A stretch of 64,000 bases of DNA from Orbicella franksi. Taxonomy: Eukaryota. Location of the stretch: assembly GCA_964199315.1 (NCBI GenBank), contig OZ116701.1:24242001-24306000 (forward strand), read 5' to 3'. Shown here in pieces: positions 39,200 to 50,062 of the stretch; within the stretch, counting starts at the first letter, position 1; each line of letters begins with the position of its first letter. The notes under the pieces are model-generated. The model did not search any database and had not been told where the DNA came from. It saw only the letters and a list, made by a program, of their open reading frames with translations. Made by a program: the position numbers and the translations under genes.

Positions 39200-41343
39200 A
39201 AGCCTAATATTTTGACCAATATATTTGCCTTTCACAAAACCTGTTTGATCCGGGTGAATCAATGATGGTAATATCAGTTCAGTCCATTTAGCTATTGCTT
39301 TGGACGCAATTTTATAGTCAACATTTAAGAGAGTTATTGGTCTCCAATTCTTCAGTTTTAATAGCAATGATTCTTCTTTCGGTATTAGGGTTATTATACC
39401 CCTATGCTGTGAGATTGATAACTGTCCATTTTCATACGCAGCACTGAGACTCTACTAAGTCATTTCCAATTAGGTCAAAAACTTTGAGTAAAACTCAACA
39501 GTAAAACCATCTTCCCCTGGGGATTTCCCACTGATGAAAGAGTCCAAGCTTTCCTTACATTCTGCATATGTTACAAGACCGTCTGCTTTCTCACCGACCT
39601 CCTGTAAGAGACAAGGGATTTCTAAATGCTCTATATAATGAGTGAATTGCTCCTTGGTGACATCTATTTTAGAAGTGTAAAGATCTCTGTGATAATTTTC
39701 TATTTTTAACAAAATCTGTTCTACCTCCTTTGTTATCTCCCCCTTGTCCTCTTCTAACTCTGAAATTACTCTCCTACTGTAATTTCTTTTTTTGAGATTC
39801 ACCTTTTTCAGCCCACATGCATTTGGATCGAAACTTTCCAGCTTCACCTTTGCTCTCATATATTTGTTGAAGTTCCTTTTTATGATTGTCATACTGCTTC
39901 AACTCTTCGTCTAGAGACGTAACATCAGAATTGCTACAAATAATTTGGCAAGTCTATCCATTTTGTCCTTATTTATGAGTTCACATTTTTTGGTTTCCTT
40001 TGCTTTTCCTTTGGCGAACGAGATAGTAAAGCACCTAATTTCCATTTTAAGCAGTTCCCAGTACATTCTTTCATCTTGAATATATTTATACTTTTCCGGA
40101 AATCCAGAATACCTTTGATGCATTTGTTCTACATAATTATTATCCTCCAGGAAAGCATTTTTAAACTTCCAAAAGCTAGGTCCCCTAGGGACTTCCTTTG
40201 TCCAGTGCAAAGATAGAAAAACTGTCTGATGGCCGGGTGCTATTAAAGATTGAATATCAACTTTTTGGACATATTTGGTTACATTTTTTGCTACAAGAAA
40301 AAAGTCTATTCTGGATCTCATTTTTAGGGCTTTGGATAGGTACGGATATTAATTATTTTGTTTATGTTTGGATGTTTAACTGTTTGTATATCTGCAAGAT
40401 CAAAGATATCCATCGTTATTAAGATCAAATTCCAGAAGCCAGTTGGTCTCCAAGGTAAACCACCCTTCTTGTCTTTCTTTGTTAGAGTACAATTCCAGTC
40501 ACCTCCTATAATCAGTGTCGTTAATTCAGATTGGTCTATCTAATAGTTGTTAAGCTCTTCTATGAATCACAACTGCTCGGCTTGATCATTAGGCACGTAT
40601 ATATTACAAAGTGACAATTCCATACCATTGAGAATTAAGTTGATTAGAACTATTCTTCCCAAGTTGTTGCTTAGGGAATTTTTAATTTTGCTGTCTTTAA
40701 TAGCAGGATTTAATAATATGCAAGTTCCTTTACTGTGACAAGTGCCATGGGAAAAAAAATTCACCTCTCCATTCAGTTTTCTGGAATGACTCATCACTCG
40801 GTTCTGAATATGTTTCCTGTAGAAAATAGATGGTAGCATTTTGATCTTTAAGAATTGTAAACATGCTGCTCCTCTTGATCAAATTTCTATGACCTCTAAC
40901 ATTTAGAGAGATGATTTTACAGACTTGTTTGTTAGACATCACTTTTCAAAACAAGACAAAGATATTACAATACAAAATAGGCTTTCTAGATAAGAATACA
41001 AAGACAAAAAATACGCACAGAAATGTGAAACGCTCAACACAAAACAATTAAGTCCGAATTGGGTACTGACCTTTTTAAGTTTTCCCACCCTTTCCCTCCT
41101 CTCAAAATTGATCAAGAAAAAAGAAAACTGAGACAATATAGAGGATTACAGAGTAAAGCTTAATTATTTATGGCTAGTTCAAATGCATTGCCTTATCGAA
41201 CAAAATAGATAAATTGTTTACAATTCATCTAAATCAGAGTTGCTGAAAATTAGAACAGGATCTCTGCTCGGTGATGTTTTTACAAAGAGTTTCCTGTCGA
41301 TTGTCTAGAAACTTGTCAAGAGTTCATCTCTTTTCATTTCACT

Positions 41344-42005
41344 TAATAATAATAATAAATATTTATATAGCACCTATCCATGCCTGCTCTAGGTGCTGTA
41401 CAATTCGCCAAAATGAGCTGTACCAATCTTAATAATTAAAAATGTGCATTTAAGAAAGTAATGGAAAGTAAAAATCACTAAGAATAATAAGTTTTCTTAA
41501 AAAGATGAGTTTTGAGTTTAGATTTAAAAGAACTTAGATTGTCACATGAGCGGATAGGAACAGGTAGTCTGTTCCAGAGTTCAGGAGCGGAAACAGCAAA
41601 AGCTCGAGAACCATACGTCTTCGGGTGAAAATTCATGGGGTTAAGAAGTAATAAGTGTGATGATCGGAGGATTCTGGAAGGTTGGTAGTACGCTACTAGA
41701 TCTTGAATGTAGACAGGAGATTGTTGATGAAGAGCCTTAAAGGTAAGTAACATAATCTTGAATTTAATGTGTTCAGAAACAGGAAGCCAGTGTAATTCTT
41801 TCAGTATTGGAGTGATGTGCTTGTACTTTCGGGAACAGGTGATAAGTTGGGCAGCGGCGTTCTGAACAGACTGGAGCTTTTTTAAAGCACACTTTGGTAC
41901 ATTGTACAAAAGAGAGTTGCAGTGGTCGAGTTTGGAAGACACAAAAGCATGGACCTGGATCTCAGTGGTTTTCGTAGATAAGAATTCCCCTTCCCCTCCA
42001 TATGA
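41344..42005 (-). mobile_element. L2/CR1-clade LINE 3' fragment inserted in ORF1
   Basis: SKLDHCNSLL, LQSVQNAAA, HITPILKELHWLPV, FKSKLKTHLF; (TTA)n tail. Confidence 0.9.
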
Positions 42006-42554
42006 GTTTGCATCTATAAACTGTCAGATTTTCATTGAAAAATATGCGAGGTCCATTGGAGCTTACTGCATTGGAATAGCCAGGAAATAAATCGGTCACT
42101 TTAACATTTCTTAATTCCACTCTTTCCTTTTATAAGCTCGTTTTCACTTTGTGACTCAGAAATCTCACAATAATCGGGCTAGGATTATTGCCACGGCATT
42201 TGAGTTTCTGTGGTATCTCAATGTCGTTAGGATTAACATTAAGATTTAACATGCTCACCAATTTTAATACTACCTCTTCAGTTGTAGAATACCACTGATC
42301 CGGTATACCTTGAATTTTTAGGCTGTTTTTCCTGGTGTACTGCTCTAGGTCACCTAGCGCTGTGTACAGATTTTCGGTTTCATCTTCTTGCTTCCGTAGT
42401 TTTAGTGTTGTTTTTTCCAGGTCAGTCTTCAATAACTCATTAGCTTTCGTCACATTCCCAAACACTGTTTTCAGGGCACCTACTTCTCTCTCTTTAGATT
42501 AAAGAGACGACTTTAGTTGTGTCAAGTCCTCTCTGAGAATGGCGTTTTCCTTAA

Positions 42555-43132
42555 AGTGCCCATAATGTCAAAAAAATATTTTTGCTCATCTAATTCTACA
42601 GTGCACCTAATGAACTTCTGAGAAAAAAATTTTCGATTTGGATAAAATGTAATTTTTTTACGAATTTTTACAAAGTTAAAAAATTCTATTTTCTTGCGGC
42701 TGACCCCTGCTGCTGATCACAAGAATAACGTGCTCAAAATGGCCACATGACTGATGCCTGTGACATAGGTTCAGGAACCTCAGTTGACCTTTAGTGCATA
42801 TAAATACATATGTCGTGTGTTACAAAGAGCAGCAACGTACCTTTCCGGCATTTTCAACTAAATGTAGACAACTCTGAAGCAAAATTTTCTCTTGTTTTCA
42901 AGTCAGATAAGTCATGACCCAAATCACGTGTTCCTGAACCTACATCACGACTCACTTCAAACCGAGGAAGACTGGTGCGAATGGTGGACCAAAATGGTGG
43001 CAAATTTCAACGTCTTTAAAAAATTATAAAAACATTGTGTTTTAAGCAAATCGAAAATTTTTTTTTGAGAAAGTTAATTGGGTGTTATGGAGAATCAGAT
43101 GAGAAAGCAAAAAATTTGACGTCATGGGCACT
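42555..43132. mobile_element. 578-bp non-autonomous Kolobok-type element
   Basis: TTAA|AGTGCCCATAATGTCAAA ... TTTGACGTCATGGGCACT|TTAA; internal inverted pair TAGGTTCAGGAAC / GTTCCTGAACCTA. Confidence 0.85.
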
Positions 43133-44558
43133 TTAAAAACGCTTGAGACAGACTTTTGAGGGTCCTCCAGCATGTTTCGTGTAGCGTGGGTTCAGCATCA
43201 TACGCTTCGTCATTGCCTGCCATATTGCCGATTACTTCTTCCTGACCATTAAGTTCTTTGTTGGGCCTTTGCTGCATTTGTCTCCTCTTCAGTAGAGCCA
43301 CAGTCTCCCTGTTTGTTTTTCTTTATTGACTGTGGCAAGTTTGACAATGATTTCACACACGGGAGAAGAGCGAATTTACTGTTGCTAAAAATTCACGTCC
43401 GCACTTATGGACTACACGCATGCTCTCCAGTCTTTTTGACTTATAACTTTAATCTTTCTTTCGCAGTGTTGTAATATTTCATCGCACAGCAAAGAAATTA
43501 TTTGATTTCTTGATTTGTTACTGGTTTTTACATGTGCCTTTCGCGTTTATTTTCCATTGTTTTCTCAAATGCTAGCCATTATAGTACAAGAATGGAAATT
43601 CTGTTGTATTTGGTTTCAATTTGTCCTCCAAAGTTAATAATAACTCATTTTTGCATATTCAATTTTCTCGGCTTCTGTTGGGCATTTTGTTGTGCGGCAA
43701 AGAAATAATACAATTTCTTGTTTTCTCATCCGTTTTAAACATCAAGTTGAGTTCTTTTTGTTGATATTTTTTAATATTTTGGCCCTTCATTTATTCAACT
43801 TAAAATAAACGATGTCTTGAAGCATAATCTTGTGTGTGTGGTTACTGCACATATGGTTTATTTTTAGCACTCGTGCTTGTTCTGATATGTTAAAAAATAG
43901 GCAGTCGGAGACTGCATGTGGCTCTGCTACTGGTATTTGTTATTGAACTTTAGTCGGTAATCGAACTCAATCGAACCATTTGCTGTGGCGACGGATAAGT
44001 TAATTTGTAAATAAAAAATAATATCAACAACGTAACTACAATATGTAAGAGAAAAGTGATTGTATAATTTCAACGATTTTTCTGTTTTATTTTTGTTTTA
44101 TTTTTACATTGGAGGTAACCTCTGTGGTAACAGATAGCGTGTTTGTACTAGTGACTGACCATTATGTGATGTAACTCTCATGATTATCAGAATGTGAATG
44201 ATCTCATGAAAAAGTTCAAAAATAGAATAATTTTTTCTATCGTCATAGTGCTATAATGCATTAGAGTGAGAATAGAGGTTTGGCTTAACCATGGAACATA
44301 ATGGTCAGCACCCTCAAACTCACATTTACAATTGTCAAAAACATAAACCAACATGTAACAACTAATTGTAACAGATGAAGCTAGTCTTTATGAGCTGATG
44401 CGTATCTGAATATTTGGTGGGCTGTGCTTTGTAAAAAATCACTGAGTATTCAATATCAAAACAGTAACAACAAAATTAACGAGGGATACAAATGTTTGAA
44501 AAGTGACCTCATTTTCACCGTTCAAACATATGGTCTGCCCGTACAACTTCCATAAGAA

Positions 44559-46354
44559 TAGCTTGCGTAGCATGTGCAAAAAGAATGAGACGGAACACGA
44601 GAGGCCACGCGCGGTCAATTCGCCTCTTCCGCATCTACTCTCGTAGATTTTAGGGGGGAGGGATTGGGAGGCTCTATTTCCGAAAAAAACCTGACAAAGA
44701 AAATGCATGTTTGTTCGAGTTTCGATCAAGTTAATTCCTTAAGGTGGCTCAATAGTCAAGGAAATATATAAGAATCTGAAGATTTTGTTTAACATTTGAG
44801 AGGGGGGATTTTAAACACTCCTTTCTGAGCAAAAGTCATGATGAGGGACTCGGTACAACATGTATATATTTTGTCACATGGCAGCTGCTCACGTGACTGC
44901 AGTCAGTTCATTTGCATTCTTTTTGTGATCGGAAGAATCGTTTGCCACATTACCTCAAAGATGGGCAAAACTATAGCTAAATTGCTGTGTTTTGGTTCAT
45001 TTGCTGGTGCCTGAGCTCATCATGAAGGGCTGAGAAGGCTTAAACCTTGCCAATTCCAAGGAACTGTTTATTGGCACTGTGAATGTGACAAACTTCAACC
45101 AGATGCTAGATTCCAGCTACTGGTAGTTTGTAGTTCGTGGACAAGGGGCCATAGAGCAAATGAGCCTTGTCTCAGCAGGCTTCAACTTTCAAATATAAAA
45201 GTTTCAATCAACGATGGAAGTGACTGGAAAACTTTTAGTGTATTATTGAAGCCTGGTCAGAGACTTATAAAAAAACATGAAATTGGTTGGAGGTAGGTCT
45301 TTCCCGCTCAAAGAAAACTCATATTTCCTAGGATGCAATGGGGTCAGATTCCTGTTCGTTGACTTTTTGGTTGAGGCTGCTGACAAAAAAGAGCTACTTT
45401 GGCTCTTGTTTGACTTTTTTGGCCGAACTTTGCATGCGAGTTGGAAGCAGAAGAGTTGTTTTGTAATTTTTTCCGCATGATTAAGCGACTGAGTTAATGA
45501 AAGACGTGTTCAGACTGTTTGCTTGTGAGGTAAGATTTGCATGAAATTCTTGCATTGTTTTGGAGCTGGTATGTTGTTTATCTGCAACCTCCATTCTCTA
45601 ACTTTTCTGAGAAAAAGCACAGTGCTGCCATCTATTTTCCTCCAGTGCGCCAATGCAAAACAAATACTTCTGCACTAGAAATTCTTACAGAAATGATAAG
45701 ACCTAGCCCTAGGAATTTTTTTCTCTACCCTATGCAGTTTTCAATGTTCACACTTGCATGGAAAAGGTAAATGGGGACATTTCTATTTTTCCATGCTTTT
45801 AACTTTTCCAGCTTTCTGAGGCTCAGGCTGAAGGTTGACAGACATTCTATGCAATGAACCAAAATAATGCTGATCTGTTGAATTCTTTTACTACAGCAGG
45901 CAAAACACTGCTGCTGGGTATATTTTTTTCTCTGCAAATAATCAATGCCAGCCAATCATTTTAGTTCATTGCGTAGACCATTTTTTACCATAATTTGTCA
46001 AAAATAGTTTCTTACCTGAGTGACTTGGTGTTTTTTCTCAGTTATTGTTATAAGAAAAGCACCCTGTGAGACACCATACCAAGGCTTGTGCTGTTACCAT
46101 GGAAACAAGAGACCCAAACATCATTGTGTTTGTCATCATTCATGGCAACTAGTGTGATGATGTTGATATTGTGTAATTAAGTTTGATTTTCAAGTAAAAG
46201 GTCTTCTTGACTATCGAGCCACCTTAAACAAGCCCATAAAAAGGTTTTTCTCGTTCAATTTCCCATGAAATCTATGGGAGCGATGCATTGTGGGACAATG
46301 CGGAAGTAGTGAAAGGGGCATCCCATTTCCCTTTTGTGCTTGCTACGCAGGCTA
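44559..46354. mobile_element. TAG...CTA MITE (Academ-type ends), host of the 44743-46223 insertion
   Basis: TAGCTTGCGTAGCA ... TGCTACGCAGGCTA; flanks GAA/GCA (imperfect 3-bp TSD). Confidence 0.5.
44743..46223. mobile_element. 1,481-bp non-autonomous Kolobok-type element
   Basis: TTAA|GGTGGCTCAATAGTCAAG ... CTTGACTATCGAGCCACC|TTAA. Confidence 0.85.
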
Positions 46355-47699
46355 GCATTAGAATGGTATACATGGTAACGTAATAACAGTTATTACTTAT
46401 CACTGCATTGATGTGTTTACAGTTATGCTGCTTACAAGTTTTTCTTTCTCACTGACTGTAAATTTGAAAGTTTTGTAGGCAAAAATTTCCAAAAGCTGTT
46501 CATCACAGTCAGTAACAGATTTGTTAGCCACTTTATGTAGAAACGTGTCCATGGTAGTATTCAATGCAGTGTAAGTGTGCATCTGACTTGAGTTATCTTT
46601 GATAATTAACTTTGTCACGGACGAGGCGAGTAATGCATTGGCAAAGACGGTGAGTTTGCATTTATTGCACTTCACTGTAGTAGTATTATCAGCGACCTGT
46701 ATTTTTGTGTTACAAAGACAAATTTTGTAATGGGAAACACTGACTCCTAGAACTGAGCCAATGACGACATTACCATAGTCACACTGAGCATCATTTACAG
46801 CAACAAGCTCTCCTATTGGATGGATTGACGTGTATTTTGTGGTAGTCAGATATTTCTCATCATTAAAACTACACACACTTATTCCTTTGATATGATAGGA
46901 TTTGTCTGCCTCAAGAACAACTTTATTTTCCCAAGCTAGGAGCTTGATAGATTTAGTGCTGTTGGCGATAATGTAATCTACCTTAGTCAAAGGTTTGCCC
47001 CTAACATTTACAACTTCGGATTCTCCAATAAGCATTACTTTTGCTTTTACTGATATTGATTGAAAGTCTGAAATATCATCAATTTCACTCGTGCTAAAAT
47101 GCATTTGCGAAAATGCGGGGTCGTATTCATAGTCTACTATGTGGGGCGTTACTCTGGATTTCTTCCTGATGGTATACTCTTCTTCTAAAGCTCAACGTCT
47201 GCCTACAGTTTGCTGTACATTGTCAAAACTCACAGGTTGCTTTTTGTCTTGCATTTCCTTTATTTTAGGCCGCTTTTCGGGAGAGTAGCAGAGAGCTCTT
47301 ACAGATTTTGTGGGCGACATTTGAAGCTGAAAATCAAAGTAAGAAGCAGCTCCTACTGTTGATGTTCGTATGTCACTGAGCTTGTGAATAAACCCTTGAA
47401 TCTGGTTTTCCTCAAGTGGCTGGTTAAATGAAGACATCCTAATGAAATAAATTGATTAAAATAAAATGTAGGGGATATATGTCATGTTTCTATGAAGATT
47501 CATGTTGTGTTTTTTTTTTCTGAAGGATTTCAAATAAAACAGTGTAAATATAACTTACTTGATGAAGTTGCTTGTCTTTACAGAGGGTCCTGAAAATGTA
47601 TGCATATTTGATGTTCACTATTTAATGATCAAAATAATATACATTTTAGGAAGGTATAGGTAAAGGATTGGACTGCTTCCCAATTTATAATAATACAGC

Positions 47700-47780
47700 T
47701 GAATGAAAAAAAGAAAGAAAGAACGAAAGAAAGAGAGAAAGGAAGAAAGAGAGAAAGAAAGAAAGAAAGAATGAATGAAT
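47700..47780. repeat. (GAAA)n purine microsatellite
   Basis: GAAA/GAAG run in an intron. Confidence 0.8.
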
Positions 47781-48487
47781 TGTTAATTTTGTAATTGTTT
47801 ATTTGGAATAAACTCGCAGCTTTGTATAGACTGAATTTTTTATTAATGATAAGCTCTAGTAGTTTTGAACATACTAAAGATTGGTCATAAGTGTACAATT
47901 GAAGACGCTGTATTTACCTTCGCCTTTTCCTTCCACGTTTATAGTAGGCTTGTCATTATTGCCTAAAAGAAATGTTGAAAAACTATTTTGTAACTTGAAG
48001 CGCCTGTTGAATAACTTTACTGACTGAAAACTTCCCTCCGTGAAAAGTTGTACATTTCAGCAATTATTGGACTTACCTTTGTCTACCAACATTTCAGTTG
48101 GCAAGTGGTGAGTGCCTAAAAAATAATAAAATAATGGTAAGATATTTATCAACTTAGGCAAAAATAATAAAGTATGATTAGTTTTGTCATACTAAAGTAT
48201 TGCTGAGTGAGTTGTAGAAAGAAATGGGGTGACAGCCTTCAAACAATGGTGGTTGAATTTACCTTTGTCTTCCCAACTTTCAGTCAGTGAGTCATTTGTG
48301 CCTGTAAAATAGTTTGTACATTTTTTTCTTAATTTTCGAGATAGCTGTTTTCGAGAAAACTGTTAGTAATGAAGTGTTGTTCTTATACTTTCTAATTAGT
48401 CAGAAAAATTGACATTTTCATTCAATGGTGCAATAGCTTTAAGAATCTAAGAAAGATTTTTGTCATTTTTCTTCATGCAACATTATT

Positions 48488-49085
48488 TTTGTTATTTGGA
48501 GTTCCAATACATACCAGTGGAACTAGTAGAATCTTTTGAAGGTACATGTTCTTTGCTGGTAGTTGACAAATGATCACCTAATGAAAGCAATAACAATTGA
48601 TATGAAATAGGATAATGATAACAATCATGATGCATCAAATTTGTTATTTGGAGTTCCAATACTTACCAGTCGAACTAGTAGAATCTTTTGAAGGTAAATG
48701 TTCTTTGCTGGTAGGTGACAAATGATCACCTAGTGAAAGCAATAACAATTGATATCAAATAGGATAATGATAACAATCATGAGGCATCAAATTTGTTATT
48801 TGGAGTTCCAATACTTACCAGTCGAACTCCTAGAATCTTTTGAAGGAACATGTACTTTGCTGGTAGATGACAAATGATCACCTAATGAAAGCAATAACAA
48901 TTGATATCAAATAGGATAATGATAACAATCATGATGCATCAAATTTGTTATTTGGAGTTCCAATACTTACCAGTCGAACTAGTAGAATCTTTTGAAGGAA
49001 CATGTAATTTGCTGGTAGATGACAAATGATCACCTAATGAAAGAAATAACAATTGATATCAAAGAGGATAATAATGACAATCATC
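48488..49085. repeat. 152-bp tandem repeat x4 (exon + intron unit)
   Basis: TTTGTTATTTGGAGTTCCAATAC starts at 48488, 48640, 48792, 48944. Confidence 0.95.
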
Positions 49086-49808
49086 CATTATAAATTGTCA
49101 GTGATATATTTTGTATATCAACTGTTGTATTTTCTGTAAAAGTGTGAGGCTAGAAAACCTTACTGTTGTATGAAAATACCTTTACCCATATTTTTTCTTT
49201 GATTAGTTTTCTTTGACTGTCCTTTTGTAGACATCTGGATGGAAATTAAAACAAAGTACAATAAATGAGATGATCTCAACTCTCGTTGGCCTTAGGAAAC
49301 ATCTACTCTAGAAAGCAAGTATAGTAGAACTTATCGGTACATTATCCATCATTTATAACATTATTGTTAGCTACAGTGGCAGTGTGGCTAGCTATAATGA
49401 AAGAGTTGACATAAGACGAGTCTGAAATTGTTATGCATGAGTAAAAAGATAAATAAAGGATAATATTTACATACAGTTCTTCAATTACTTGTTGACTGGC
49501 ACAGACCTGCAAGAAGAGCAAAATGGTTAATACAGAGAAATATGAAAGATTTGAATGGGACGAAGAAGCATTCAATATCATAACCTTGCAGTAGGATGGA
49601 ACATAGACACGAATATAGATTTGCTTAAAGTCTTATTTTAATCGCCATGTGCTTGGCCCAACAAGAGATTACATGATGCATGGGGTGCACATGCCCGTAT
49701 ATGATGTGTCACGCTGGACGTACCGTGACATCCCCCTCTTTTTGAAAAAGAGGTCCTAGTTACATGCAGATAAATCGATAAAAGGGGACATGATAATCAA
49801 TGCTAATC

Positions 49809-50062
49809 AAATTAATCAAACGTCTATCAAACGACAACAGGAACTAAGAACAGTTTCATGGGTGTAAATAGGAACCCAACGTCAATAAAAGAGTCTTTTG
49901 TTTGTCCCTATTTAATCTTTCAACTTGGTTGGGACAAATTAATCAAACGTCTATCAAACGACAACAGGAACTAAAAACAGTTTCATGGGTATAAATAGGA
50001 ACCCAATGTCAATAAAAGAGTTTTTTGTTTGTCCCTATTTAATCTTTGAACTTGGTTGGGAC
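49809..50062. repeat. 127-bp tandem duplication at end of integrase
   Basis: AAATTAATCAAACGTCTATC starts at 49809 and 49936. Confidence 0.9.

Larger units (their letters stand above)
35500..43430 (-). mobile_element. Full-length Tx1/L1-like LINE with four nested insertions
   Basis: ORF1 (LEQYTRKNSLKIQGIP; pieces ~43330-43137, 42550-42005, 41343-41200). ORF2: APE (SLNVRG, FLQET, RIDFFL), RT (NWRPITLLNVDYKI, RQGCPLSPYLF, FADDT), zf-RVT (CIYC...H...C). Confidence 0.85.
46400..49234 (-). pseudogene. Helentron RPA1-like OB-fold ssDNA-binding protein gene, 10 exons, one nonsense codon
   Basis: Exons 49180-49234, 48971-49033, 48819-48881, 48667-48729, 48515-48577, 48263-48301, 48077-48115, 47918-47962, 47559-47589, 46400-47438, all GT-AG and in frame. 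Last exon has OB-fold-like beta-rich segments and Zn-ribbon-like Cys residues (CLC...CNKC). In-frame TGA at 47192-47194. Confidence 0.78.

Noticed and set aside
49342-49581. Secreted protein with signal peptide (hydrophobic 79-aa ORF)
   Set aside because: AT-rich, low-complexity frame abutting the Gypsy insertion site, with no family motif or supported in-frame splice to the downstream gene.
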